IMG/VR virus record: IMGVR_UViG_3300036770_007999
Span: 14,137 to 78,136 of that record
Source of the DNA: a virus
Length of the DNA stretch: 64,000 bases
Reading direction: 5' to 3' (one strand)
Shown here: one piece after another, positions 39,098 to 49,058 of the stretch
How positions within the stretch are numbered: position 1 is the stretch's first letter
Layout: every line of letters starts with the position of its first letter
Made by a program: the position numbers and the translations under genes
The notes under the pieces: generated by a model
Databases searched by the model: none
Told to the model about the DNA's origin: nothing
What the model saw: the letters and a program-made list of their open reading frames with translations, nothing else

Positions 39098-42000
39098 CAG
39101 TATGCTCCGCCAGTGCTAGTAATTCCCGACGCAGGTGCCACGTTGGTTATGCCACTAGCACTGGTGCCCGATCCACGTCCGGCAGACCCTTGCGTGATGG
39201 CTCCAGGATAGAGTCCCGACACTGTGGTCTGGCTGCGCAGATTGCTCTGTGTCAAGGCATCAATCACTTCGATGTCTGTGACTGTGGCAGCGTTCACAAA
39301 GATCTCGTTGGGCGCAGATCGTATTTCATAAAGGTCTCCAAAACTTTTCAAAGGATTCAAGGGCACCAAGACCACGGACGCTATGATCGATCCTAGTTGT
39401 TCGTGTAGATAGGCAGCCAGTTCAGAGAAGAAGAAGTTGTCTCCAAAGTCCCATTTGTCTATGGTGAAATATTCGTTGATGGCAGCCACTACAGCGCTCT
39501 TGATCTCGCTCACTGACGCTGTTGTCTTGGGATCGCGCACCACCTTGATGGTGGCTCGAAGTTCTGGTGCGGCCTTGGCACCAAATAGAGGTTTGAACAC
39601 CACAGAGTTCAGCACGATGTTGTCTGAAATCATCTTGAAGTCATTGAGGCCGCTGTAGGCAGTGGTCAGTTCGTCTATGGTAGGCAACGGTGGCTCGGGC
39701 ACGGAATCTGTAGTGTCTCTGATGTAGTTTTGATACTGGGTATAGTATTCCTGTGGTACCACATAGAGATCGATGATGTTGGTGATGCCAGGATCGATCA
39801 CATTGGTCAAAGGTGAATTGTGACGGTACTGGAAATACAGGCTCTGCCGGCCAGTCTGTGCCTGGAAATCTGCGCGTGGTATCAGGGTACGTTGCAGCAC
39901 TCCATTGATTGTGGTAATCTCCAGGCTGTAGAACGCCTGTTCTGTGGTAGCATAAAACACCTGGCCGTTCACGAACTCGCTCTTGACCAATTCTATAGCA
40001 TCTTTGGTGGGGTATGCTGCGTTGACCACTCCGGGTTCCAGAGGAAGATATCTTTCTAGATCATCAAAGTCAATGGTCTGTTGGAAGAACACCAACTTGT
40101 TGGTAGGTGCCACAGCAGGAGCAACCAAGGTATCAAAGAAATCAGGGTCATCGGCCACTCCATCCCCGTCGCTGTCTGCATAACTCACGACCACTTGATA
40201 ATCATTTACATAGCCATCACTCTGCACAGGTTGCGCGATGATGTCCACTGTGATGTCTGTGGCTAAGGCTTCGTTGCTGTCAGGCCTGCTGTTGCTTTTT
40301 AGGATCTTGACGAAATCATTGATCACCAGTCCGGTACGGCTGTCGTAGATCTCTTCAGAACCGTCAAACGTGAAACGGGTCTGTATCACGGATGCAAACA
40401 CATATTGCAGTGAACGCGAAGTCACAGTATAACTTACACCATCGGTAACAAACTGTATCATCCAACTTGCATCAAGATTGGCTCCGGCAGTGCTTCCAGC
40501 ATTCACAAGACTGAACGCAGCATCGGCCGCAAGATTGGTAGATGTTATGATATACCAGGTGCCTGGCGTCCCGGTAATGTTGCCGGTGTTGTCATAGCCC
40601 AGTCCAAAGTTGCGGAACAGTTCAATCTGCTGGATCATGTTGTTGACCAGACTGGAAGGAAAGTCTGTGACCAACTTGGGAATAACCTGAGTGGCTAGGG
40701 CACCGGTGGGCACGAAGTTGTTAAGGGCCACTGGGCCCGACCCGTCTGGCAGATTGCCAAGACCACTGTTGGTGCCGTCTAAAATAACGGCTGTCACGGT
40801 GGCCCAGACCACCAGTTTTTCGTCGGCCCGTACAGGAACTCCGGCCACCAAACGATTGTTGGCATCAAAGAAAAATCCTGGTGGCGGTTCAAACTTGATC
40901 AAACTGCCCTGGGTGATATAACGAGTGTTGTTGCTGCTGAATGAACCAACGGGCTGAGGTGCAGCCGCTGTGCCTACATAGAAAAAACCCGTGGTTTCAT
41001 TTACCAGACGCGTGCTTTGTTGCCATGCCAGGTTCAGCACGGCCAGATTGGGCCGTATGAAGTTGGCATAGTAGAACTGAGTGAAACCTCTGGACGGCAA
41101 CAAGGGTTCCACGGTGGTGTTGAGCACATCTACGATGTCGTTGCGATTGATCCAGTCAAAATCAAAGGTAGGCAGTTGGTTGCTACGATAGATCACACCG
41201 TCACTGCCAAAGATATTGGTGCTGCTGTATTTGCCTGTGATGTCCGTGAGATCCACATACCGGCTGGTTCCGATGGAACTGCGTGCCACGGCTTTGCTCT
41301 TGATAATGGAGTTGTATTGTGTGAACGGAAAATTGTTATAATCTTCGCCGTTGACCATCCTGTTTTGGGTGTAATAACGAGCCGGGGCGCGCTGTTTGAT
41401 CTCCTGGATGGTCTCCCTGGGCTGCGCATTGCTCACAGGTTGTGTGATTCCGCAGGTGAATGTGGCAGTCTCCAGACGACCAAATCTGCTTACATAAGAG
41501 ATCTGTATGGCCACGCTCTGCATCTCTTCGGGATTGATGATGTAGCGCAGACCGTTGGATGCGCGCACATAGGCTCGGAAGGTGCCCACGGGAACTTCGG
41601 CGAACACACCATCACCAAAGGTAAGCGTGATCTGATCGTTGGCTCGGCTGGTGATGGAATAAAATTGTCGTTGATCCGGAGCCAACTGTTCCACTGCTCC
41701 GGCATAGATATTTTCTACAAAAGTCCATTCTGCGGAAATACTGCCTACGTCATCTAACTTGTATAACCAATGATCTTGGTCGTTGCAGCCTTCGATGTTG
41801 ATGTTCACAGCACGATTGGGGATGGCTTCGGCTAGGTTAAAGTCTTGATTCTGCAGCACACCCTGTTTGAACAGGAAGAAAAATCCAGTATTTTCCGAAC
41901 CAAATCCCAGTTGATCGTTGCGATAGAGTATGTTGAAACGCCCTGATGGCCTAGGTGCAGGTTCATACACAAAATCGCGTCCTTCGGATGTGCCACTCAC

Positions 42001-42642
42001 TGCCTCAAAGGGCATGTTGATACCGTCCACTGTGGCAGTGTATGGTATCACCGGCAGGAATCCTGGCACAAGATTGATGGCGTATTCAGAAGTACGCACT
42101 CCCAGCAGGGTCTGTTCGTTGCCAGGCCGACCAAATTTCTGGCTGTCAACCAGGGCAGCATTGATGATCTGTGTGAACTGCTCCAGCCAATCGCCGTTGG
42201 TGGGATCGTTCCAGTCCACAGTGACGTTGGCGAGATTGACGCCGTTGTAGTCCACGAGATTTTCTGTGGTGCTCACAGACTGCACCTTGATAAAACCCTG
42301 GGCAGCGTTGTTGCGTTTGGGCGTGTAGGAAACCAGATTGGCCAGGCGTACCACACTATCCCTGCGCTCTGCTGTGTCAAGAAAATTCTCGCGTGCGTTG
42401 AGATCGTTGCGGAAGGCCAGGGCCTGGCCCATGAACGCCATCACATCTAATAGAGCGATGAACTCCGATGATTCTATGTAGTCATTGAATGTTTCAGGAT
42501 AGTAAAGGCGAAGATAGTCAACAAAACTCTTGCGCAGGGTTTCGAAATCGTAACTCTGGAAGTCGGCTTCTCGATAGGTCTGGTACAGTCTTTTCCAGTC
42601 TTCTACGCCGAATATAGCAGTCTGTCTAGCGGTCTTGGCCAT
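39097..42642 (-). CDS. Baseplate wedge protein, T4 gp6-like
   Basis: DFQSYDFETLRK..FNDYIESSEFIALLD..ENFLDTAERRDSVVRLA..SYTPKR; LTFGDGVF; ETIQEIKQRAP..QNRMVNGEDY. Confidence 0.85.
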   Translation of the reverse strand: MAKTARQTAIFGVEDWKRLYQTYREADFQSYDFETLRKSFVDYLRLYYPETFNDYIESSEFIALLDVMAFMGQALAFRNDLNARENFLDTAERRDSVVRLANLVSYTPKRNNAAQGFIKVQSVSTTENLVDYNGVNLANVTVDWNDPTNGDWLEQFTQIINAALVDSQKFGRPGNEQTLLGVRTSEYAINLVPGFLPVIPYTATVDGINMPFEAVSGTSEGRDFVYEPAPRPSGRFNILYRNDQLGFGSENTGFFFLFKQGVLQNQDFNLAEAIPNRAVNINIEGCNDQDHWLYKLDDVGSISAEWTFVENIYAGAVEQLAPDQRQFYSITSRANDQITLTFGDGVFAEVPVGTFRAYVRASNGLRYIINPEEMQSVAIQISYVSRFGRLETATFTCGITQPVSNAQPRETIQEIKQRAPARYYTQNRMVNGEDYNNFPFTQYNSIIKSKAVARSSIGTSRYVDLTDITGKYSSTNIFGSDGVIYRSNQLPTFDFDWINRNDIVDVLNTTVEPLLPSRGFTQFYYANFIRPNLAVLNLAWQQSTRLVNETTGFFYVGTAAAPQPVGSFSSNNTRYITQGSLIKFEPPPGFFFDANNRLVAGVPVRADEKLVVWATVTAVILDGTNSGLGNLPDGSGPVALNNFVPTGALATQVIPKLVTDFPSSLVNNMIQQIELFRNFGLGYDNTGNITGTPGTWYIITSTNLAADAAFSLVNAGSTAGANLDASWMIQFVTDGVSYTVTSRSLQYVFASVIQTRFTFDGSEEIYDSRTGLVINDFVKILKSNSRPDSNEALATDITVDIIAQPVQSDGYVNDYQVVVSYADSDGDGVADDPDFFDTLVAPAVAPTNKLVFFQQTIDFDDLERYLPLEPGVVNAAYPTKDAIELVKSEFVNGQVFYATTEQAFYSLEITTINGVLQRTLIPRADFQAQTGRQSLYFQYRHNSPLTNVIDPGITNIIDLYVVPQEYYTQYQNYIRDTTDSVPEPPLPTIDELTTAYSGLNDFKMISDNIVLNSVVFKPLFGAKAAPELRATIKVVRDPKTTASVSEIKSAVVAAINEYFTIDKWDFGDNFFFSELAAYLHEQLGSIIASVVLVPLNPLKSFGDLYEIRSAPNEIFVNAATVTDIEVIDALTQSNLRSQTTVSGLYPGAITQGSAGRGSGTSASGITNVAPASGITSTGGAY

Positions 42643-42661
42643 TTGGTCTCACTGTGTCTTG

Positions 42662-42667
42662 TATTTA
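42662..42667 (-). promoter_or_regulatory. gp55-type late promoter TAAATA
   Basis: GATAAATA 19 nt upstream of the gp6-like ATG. Confidence 0.7.
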
Positions 42668-42690
42668 TCGCAGGTAAAAACTGCGCAGTT

Positions 42691-43065
42691 TTACAAGAAA
42701 CTGGCCCGGCGAGTCTCTTGATCAAAGAATATGGCCAGGCGTTCTGCGGTTTCGCTGGCTACAACCTGCACTTGGACTTCTACCAAGATGCCGTTGTCCT
42801 GCGGATACACAGTGGCATCTGAGATGTACACACGAGGATCGCCGCCGGCCACACGCTGTATTTCTTGCAGGATACCTTGTTCCGTTTCCGGAGTCTGGCT
42901 TTCAAACACATAGCCCCAGATGGTGGTGCCGTATCCAGGTCGCCCTGGCAGTTCTCCCTGCTGGATGTTGAAAGCGTTGGCGAGATCACGCTTGATCAGT
43001 TCGAAGTCCAACAAAGTGAACTTCTTGAACTGGTTGATGGTGTTGAATCCAATGAATGTTGGCAT
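42691..43065 (-). CDS. Baseplate wedge protein, T4 gp25-like
   Basis: LIKRDLANAFNIQQGELPGRPGYGTTIWGYVFE..DPRV. Confidence 0.85.
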   Translation of the reverse strand: MPTFIGFNTINQFKKFTLLDFELIKRDLANAFNIQQGELPGRPGYGTTIWGYVFESQTPETEQGILQEIQRVAGGDPRVYISDATVYPQDNGILVEVQVQVVASETAERLAIFFDQETRRASFL

Positions 43066-43069
43066 GATG

Positions 43070-43075
43070 TATTTA
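43070..43075 (-). promoter_or_regulatory. gp55-type late promoter TAAATA
   Basis: AGTAAATA catc ATG. Confidence 0.65.
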
Positions 43076-45424
43076 CTATGTTCTTATGCCGTCACCAGAG
43101 GCCAAGGGTGGCAGGCCACGCCGTCTGCGTTCTTGATTGATGCGCTCCAGCACTATGGGATCGTCTCCGGAGTATGTGAGATCAGCATCCGGTGTGGAGC
43201 TGTATAGACCTTGACCGAAATTGGGCGTTGGCACCTTGGCATTGCCGATGATGTTGGTCACGGCCTGATCCAGTTGTCCACGTTCCACAGTGCCAGTGAA
43301 CCCACCTAATTGTATGCCGCCGGCAACCAGTTCTGTGGCCTTGTTGTTGACAAAATTCACGGCATATTGTGCTGATTTGGCCACAGAATTGATCTCTGAA
43401 GCCACGTCTGGAGGCACAGCGCCATTGACCCAGGCCACGGTGTTGTTGACACCAAATCTCGAAGCGGTCTGTACAAAACTGGCCAGATCCTGTGGTCGTT
43501 CAGATCCTGTGACCACGCCGGCAGACCTTAGTCCATCCAAAGCCGATACCATGATCTCATTTTGCGTGGCACTCTGCAAGGCAGGGTCGGCCAAGAGGCT
43601 GCTCAGGTTACCTACACCGGCCTTGCCAGTCCATACCGATGGTGAACTCAGCACAGACTGCAACTGGGCGGGATCTTTGAGATAGGTCTGCACTGTGCCG
43701 GGTTTGAGGAATCCTGCGCCTTCCAGTTGACCGGCGCTGATGCCAAACTCACCAATGCCCTTGTCCAGGCTTACCACATCAAAACTCTGGCCAACATCCA
43801 GTCGGGTCTGGGCCAGCAAACCAGTGACCTGGCCCAGATCTAGACTGCCCACTGAAAGTTCGGCCGGTGTCTGTTCCAGGAAGGCCGCGGCATCTATGGG
43901 TGCGGTGACCGGCACTGTGTCCAGCCCGGACAAGACCTCTGCTGTGGCCCTGGTGAGATCGGCCGCGGGAGGGTCACTGACATTGGTCACGGTGCTCACG
44001 CCTTGATTGTGATAGGGATAGGGTTCATGCGTAGGCGCACGCGTGACTATGGTCTTGAGTTTGCCAAATTCCACTGTCCAACCTTGATCAGGCACGAATC
44101 GAGTATCTGCCAGGCTGAGATCGCGGAGATCACTGGGTGTATTCACCGGCGCGCCGCCGCCAGAGTTTAGGCTGATACAGCCCGCTTTGAGATTCATGGA
44201 AGATCCTGCGTCCCATGATCCTGCTGATGTGTTTTTGAGATTGAGACTTCCATCGCTCTTGATGCCAATGAGATTTTTGCTGTACAGGGTCATGCTGCCG
44301 GTGCCTATGAGGTCCAAGGTGGCATCGGCCTGTGCCTTGAACGTGGTCGATTTCATGTTGATGGCGCCGCCCGCAAACATGTTTATGTCGCGGTCCGCGT
44401 GCAGATTGATGGTGCCTTGGGTGCGCACGTTCACAGAATTAGTAGAGAACACATCTACTGTGCCTTGCTTGCCAAACTCCAGCCAGGTCTGGCCGTTGGC
44501 ATGTATGATATAGAAACAGTCACCGTCGTCGCTCATGGTGATCTGGTGGCCCTTGGCTGTGCGTATGCGCACCAGGCTGTCTTTGCCTTCTAGATTGCCG
44601 TCGTCCATGACGATGCTGTGGCCGCCTTGGCGAGAGATAACCTGGATGTCTTCTGGTGTGAGTTCGCCACGCTCCAAGCGATTCTTGATCTCCAGATCTG
44701 ATATACCGCTCTGATATACGGGCTTGCCAGGTGTGACCATGCCGTAGCAGGCAGAAGGTGATTCTCGCTGGCTGTTGGATGTGATGGGGCCACGCACTGT
44801 ATCCCGGATCAAACCTTGCTGCATCATGATGCCGGCCATCACGGAGTGAACCGGTTTGGGCTGGTCAAAGAACCTGGGATTCTCTGAAATGGCAGTGTTT
44901 TCGGTGTTGATCTCTGTGACTGGCAGTTGTGTGGCACCAGCAAAATAACTGTCCTGTGGACCGTTGGCCAGTTCAAAACGCTGACTGGCACCAATGGCCG
45001 GAATCATGTGATTAACACTGACATTGGGCACGCAACCGATGTAGTAACCTTGGTTTGGGTCGCCTTCGATGAAGAAACAGATCACTTCGGTGCCAAGGTC
45101 GGGTGGTGTGAACCATATGCCGTAACTCTGTTGATTGCCCGTGAATGTGCCTACTCCGGCATTGGTACCAGAGTGAGGTGTAGAACCATAGAATGGCGGG
45201 ATGTAACTGACAGTGCGCCAGGTGCTGGGGTCAGCGAGATCGGGCGAGCCGTCGGGATTAGAGGCACCGAACTGATTGATCCAGACCTGCAAGCGTCCGG
45301 CACGTGTGGGATCGATGTTGTTGGTCACGATGCCAATGAAAGGGCCCATCTCTGTGGGCATGCCGCCGCGGTCGAACTTGTATTGCTGGCTGCGGCCTTT
45401 GGTGCGGATTATGTTGTTGGGCAT
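43076..45424 (-). CDS. Baseplate hub/central spike, T4 gp5/VgrG-like
   Basis: OB-fold (GIVTNNIDPTRAGRLQV..SYGIWFTPPDLGTEV..FIEGD); spike beta repeats (GHSIVMDD..RTAKGHQITMSD..INLHADRDINM). Confidence 0.82.
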   Translation of the reverse strand: MPNNIIRTKGRSQQYKFDRGGMPTEMGPFIGIVTNNIDPTRAGRLQVWINQFGASNPDGSPDLADPSTWRTVSYIPPFYGSTPHSGTNAGVGTFTGNQQSYGIWFTPPDLGTEVICFFIEGDPNQGYYIGCVPNVSVNHMIPAIGASQRFELANGPQDSYFAGATQLPVTEINTENTAISENPRFFDQPKPVHSVMAGIMMQQGLIRDTVRGPITSNSQRESPSACYGMVTPGKPVYQSGISDLEIKNRLERGELTPEDIQVISRQGGHSIVMDDGNLEGKDSLVRIRTAKGHQITMSDDGDCFYIIHANGQTWLEFGKQGTVDVFSTNSVNVRTQGTINLHADRDINMFAGGAINMKSTTFKAQADATLDLIGTGSMTLYSKNLIGIKSDGSLNLKNTSAGSWDAGSSMNLKAGCISLNSGGGAPVNTPSDLRDLSLADTRFVPDQGWTVEFGKLKTIVTRAPTHEPYPYHNQGVSTVTNVSDPPAADLTRATAEVLSGLDTVPVTAPIDAAAFLEQTPAELSVGSLDLGQVTGLLAQTRLDVGQSFDVVSLDKGIGEFGISAGQLEGAGFLKPGTVQTYLKDPAQLQSVLSSPSVWTGKAGVGNLSSLLADPALQSATQNEIMVSALDGLRSAGVVTGSERPQDLASFVQTASRFGVNNTVAWVNGAVPPDVASEINSVAKSAQYAVNFVNNKATELVAGGIQLGGFTGTVERGQLDQAVTNIIGNAKVPTPNFGQGLYSSTPDADLTYSGDDPIVLERINQERRRRGLPPLASGDGIRT

Positions 45425-45425
45425 G

Positions 45426-48400
45426 CTATGGCTCTCTTACTGTGTCTTGTGGTGTGCGGTTGTTGACAGGAGCATTGGCCTGCTGCTGTCTGATGTTCAG
45501 TTGTCGTGTCAATTCGTTGGCTACTACCCGGTTTATCAATCCTGCGTTGAACGCAGCAGTGACATCTTGCACAGAAGTGAAGGTCAAGGGCCGGCCTGTG
45601 GCCGTGGTAAAGGTCACTGCCGGAATGCCTGTGCCTTCACCGGTGGCGCCGTACTGTCCAAAGATGCTGGTGGGCGTGCTGGCGGGTCCGATGATCTGGC
45701 CACCGCTGGTGGGTGCTGTGCTGGGAGCGGCCGGAGCGACCACTCCTTCGGCTGCCAAGGAATCCGGAGTCAAGGGGTTGGTGCTGCTGGCAGTTCCGGT
45801 AACAGCGCCGATGGGATTGGTCGCCAGTTGATTGACCTGATCTCTTCGGGCCTGGGCCATGACACCAGCGGCCTGTTGTTGGCGCTCTGCGAAGGTGCCG
45901 GATCCGGCCTGGCGCAGCAGCCGTCGCGTTTCTGCTTCGGTCTCGTTGGGCAGTGCGGACACGTCTCGCTGATTGGCATCCACCTGATCGCGATCTTGCT
46001 GCGGTAGATCAAACAGGATCAACACACCTTCTAGATCCTGTGTGAAACGTCCAGCGTTGAACTTGCTGACCACTTTTTTTGCACGATAGATATAACTCTG
46101 GCGTGCAGATCCGGCTGATGTGCTGGTCCGATCAAAGTTATTGGTGGTAGGATCCATCACGCCAGTATCAAGATTGTAATCCACAGGAAGATTGAAAGCG
46201 ATTTCAAACATGACCTCTTGCCCTTCATAGTTGATGGTGCCATCATCCAGGAAAGGTCCATAATTTTGTCCTGCACCGGCCACACCGGCCCAGAGTTCTC
46301 CTTGCTGCAACCAGGCCGGGTCGCCCACTATCTCCAGGCTCACCTCTCCTTGATCTCCAGGAGAGTACAGGTAATCTGCAGCATTTGCACTGGGCTCGTT
46401 GGTGGGCCCTTGAGCTCCCATGGCGCTCTGGGCGCTGCGTGGCGAGAATGATCGTTTGAGATACTCTCTATAGTCCGTGGTCTGAGTGGCTGGTTGAACC
46501 GACTGTGTGCTTGCACTGTTGATGGTGAGATAATAGATGTAGTTGAAATCCTGTTCAAATTTTAAGATCTGTGTGTTCTCGCCCGTGAACCAGTAGTTGT
46601 ATTTTTTGTGCGTGCCTTGGAACCGGGCCTGGGGGAAATAATCACTCTGCAGATCGTTTACCTTGTAGGGGCTGAGTTGATAGGTTATGTCGTAGGCATA
46701 GTCGTTGCGTTTGGGATCATAACCGGCCGTGGTCTTGGGCACAGTCTGGATGCCCACGCGATACCAAGCCGTTACTTCGGCCGGTGTGCCGTTGTCGCGT
46801 TCTTTCTGAGTCTTGGGATCTCGGATCTTGGTCTGTTGATCGTAGATATAGGTGCTGGTACGAGTGTACTGATCAATGAACTGCATGATGCTCATGCCGG
46901 CCAAGGCCGATGTGTTTTTGGCATCTTTGTTTTGGCTCTGCGTGGCTGGATTTTTTTGCTGGTTGGCAGGTGCCTTGGCACCTGGACCCATGGGCACTAA
47001 GCGCTGGTTGGTTTCACCCGGCGGTACCACGCGCGCATTTTGCAGGGCCGGAGTCAAGATCTCGATCCGATAGGTATCGGGCACAGTGTACACGCCCTCG
47101 GTCACTAGATCTGCCTGATATTGATTCAAGGCCTGGCTCAGGCCCTGTGTTATAGTAGGTGTGCTAGCCGCCGATGCTTTGGGTGGCGCCGCGGTGGTTG
47201 CACCAGGTGCTGTAGGAAACACAGTGACCCCGGGTATCTCTCCCGGATCTGTGGCTGTGCGATTGGCCACCGATACTCCAGGAACCTCTCCAGGATCTGT
47301 GGGCGTGGCTGCTCCTGCGCGACTGGAAGATGAAAACGCCAGCGGGCCGTTGAACAGTTCCTGCAACGTCTTGCTGGTGATCTCTACATTGTATGGTATC
47401 ACACCACGCGCAGGTCCCGTGGCGATGAGATTCTGCGGACAAACAGCCTCACAGGTATATTCTGTGATGCGGTCAGCCACGCGAAACTTGATGGATTTGA
47501 ACTGGAACGGTATGAACTTTTCAATGGCTTGCTCAGTGGTCCTGGAGCCATCGGCCAACAGGCGGCTGCCTTTGATAGGAAGGTATTGATTGCCTGTTTG
47601 ATCATAACCATAGAACCGGATCACCATGAGATAGTTCTGTGCCGCATAGTTTTGATCGCCGGTGCCGCCAGATCCGGCAACATACTGCTGTACTGCCCGG
47701 TATAGCCTGGGTAGAAAGGTGATACCGTTGGGTTCTATGATCTTGAAATCCAGTTCGGCCACATTGTGTGGCCCTGCAGTGCCCTTGCCGGATATCATGC
47801 TGGTAACACGCAGATCGTCAATATAGAAATCTTCCTGGAAATACTGATTGCGCCCAGCATCAAGACTGAACGTGGTTACGCCTGGAATTTCGCCGGGATC
47901 GGTCTGCCCATTGGTACCGGTGTTGCCAAACCCGGTACTGATCGGAATGCCTGCGCTCTGTATCAAGAGATTGTAGCCGGCAAGATTTTTCTGCTGCGTG
48001 CGGATGAGCCTGGCATAGTCTTGCGGACTCATGAGATAGATGCTGATGCTGTAGGTGTAACTGGCATATTTGTCCAGCACATTGTCCTGTGTGATGATTC
48101 GTCCTTGTTCACCGCCAAACAACACATTGATGCTGGCACGCACATCATCGCCCGCGGCTGCCACTCCGGCATTCTGTGCTGCCTGGGTAGTCTGTGTATT
48201 GGGTGGCGGTGCGCCAGGTGCGGGCAGAGTGGCGGGCGTGGCTTGAGTTTGTCCTTGGCGGCGCACAGGATCATTCAGGCCGCGGTCCTGTGCTACTCCT
48301 GGTACACCAGAGGTCGGAGTCTGTTGGGCATTTGTGACTTCGTCGTTTTCCTGGGGCCGGGCCACGCCATCGATCTCGATCACCAAAGCAGGTGGTGGTG

Positions 48401-48755
48401 GATTAGTGGCACTCGCGCCTTCGTCGCGTGCTGTCTGCGCTTCTCGCACGGTTTGGCCGGCGCTTTGCCGAGGCGCTGAGGCTGCCTGCTGGGCAGCGGA
48501 GATCTCACGATTTACCTGCGCCAGTTCCGCTTCCAATTGCGCTTCTTCTTCGCGCAGTCTTTGCAATGTGCGTTGCACCACTCTGACCTGAACCTGTTGC
48601 TGTTCCCGGTCGGCTGTCTGGTCGGGTTGCAGTTGTTCCAGTGCCAGTTGGCGTCTCTGCAGGTTCTGTTCTGTTGCTTGGATTCGGAACCGCACTGTCT
48701 CCAACTGCCGGGTGATACTGCTGCGCCGATCGTACAGGATGTTGATGTCGGCCAT
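45426..48755 (-). CDS. Baseplate hub/tail protein (gp27-like position)
   Basis: NVLDKYASYTYSI..FYIDD..FKIIEPNG..KKYNYWFTGEN..LEIVGDP..FNAGRFTQDL; sits between the gp53- and gp5-like genes. Confidence 0.6.
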   Translation of the reverse strand: MADINILYDRRSSITRQLETVRFRIQATEQNLQRRQLALEQLQPDQTADREQQQVQVRVVQRTLQRLREEEAQLEAELAQVNREISAAQQAASAPRQSAGQTVREAQTARDEGASATNPPPPALVIEIDGVARPQENDEVTNAQQTPTSGVPGVAQDRGLNDPVRRQGQTQATPATLPAPGAPPPNTQTTQAAQNAGVAAAGDDVRASINVLFGGEQGRIITQDNVLDKYASYTYSISIYLMSPQDYARLIRTQQKNLAGYNLLIQSAGIPISTGFGNTGTNGQTDPGEIPGVTTFSLDAGRNQYFQEDFYIDDLRVTSMISGKGTAGPHNVAELDFKIIEPNGITFLPRLYRAVQQYVAGSGGTGDQNYAAQNYLMVIRFYGYDQTGNQYLPIKGSRLLADGSRTTEQAIEKFIPFQFKSIKFRVADRITEYTCEAVCPQNLIATGPARGVIPYNVEITSKTLQELFNGPLAFSSSSRAGAATPTDPGEVPGVSVANRTATDPGEIPGVTVFPTAPGATTAAPPKASAASTPTITQGLSQALNQYQADLVTEGVYTVPDTYRIEILTPALQNARVVPPGETNQRLVPMGPGAKAPANQQKNPATQSQNKDAKNTSALAGMSIMQFIDQYTRTSTYIYDQQTKIRDPKTQKERDNGTPAEVTAWYRVGIQTVPKTTAGYDPKRNDYAYDITYQLSPYKVNDLQSDYFPQARFQGTHKKYNYWFTGENTQILKFEQDFNYIYYLTINSASTQSVQPATQTTDYREYLKRSFSPRSAQSAMGAQGPTNEPSANAADYLYSPGDQGEVSLEIVGDPAWLQQGELWAGVAGAGQNYGPFLDDGTINYEGQEVMFEIAFNLPVDYNLDTGVMDPTTNNFDRTSTSAGSARQSYIYRAKKVVSKFNAGRFTQDLEGVLILFDLPQQDRDQVDANQRDVSALPNETEAETRRLLRQAGSGTFAERQQQAAGVMAQARRDQVNQLATNPIGAVTGTASSTNPLTPDSLAAEGVVAPAAPSTAPTSGGQIIGPASTPTSIFGQYGATGEGTGIPAVTFTTATGRPLTFTSVQDVTAAFNAGLINRVVANELTRQLNIRQQQANAPVNNRTPQDTVREP

Positions 48756-48758
48756 GCG

Positions 48759-49058
48759 TTAGAACCCCAGGGCGCTGCGCAACACGCTGAGTTTGGGGAG
48801 ATAGATCTGTGTGTTGGCCACGAAGTCCCAGGGCGGTGCTGTCAATGTATTGGGATTGCGCTGATAGAACACCCACCACAGGGTAGCATTGTCGTAGAGG
48901 TCGAAGGCCAGGAGATCAGGACGATACTGATAGGTCTGATTGATCAGGAACAGCCGGTCATCGGATTCCGAGGGTATGGGCCGATTCACCATGTTTGACA
49001 GATAGAACTGCTGATATGGTGTGGTGAAGTAGGGGCTGGTAGAGTCGTACTGGGCCAT
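48759..49058 (-). CDS. Baseplate wedge protein, gp53/LysM-like
   Basis: YQYRPDLLAFDLYDNATLWWVF..RN..IYLP. Confidence 0.8.
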   Translation of the reverse strand: MAQYDSTSPYFTTPYQQFYLSNMVNRPIPSESDDRLFLINQTYQYRPDLLAFDLYDNATLWWVFYQRNPNTLTAPPWDFVANTQIYLPKLSVLRSALGF

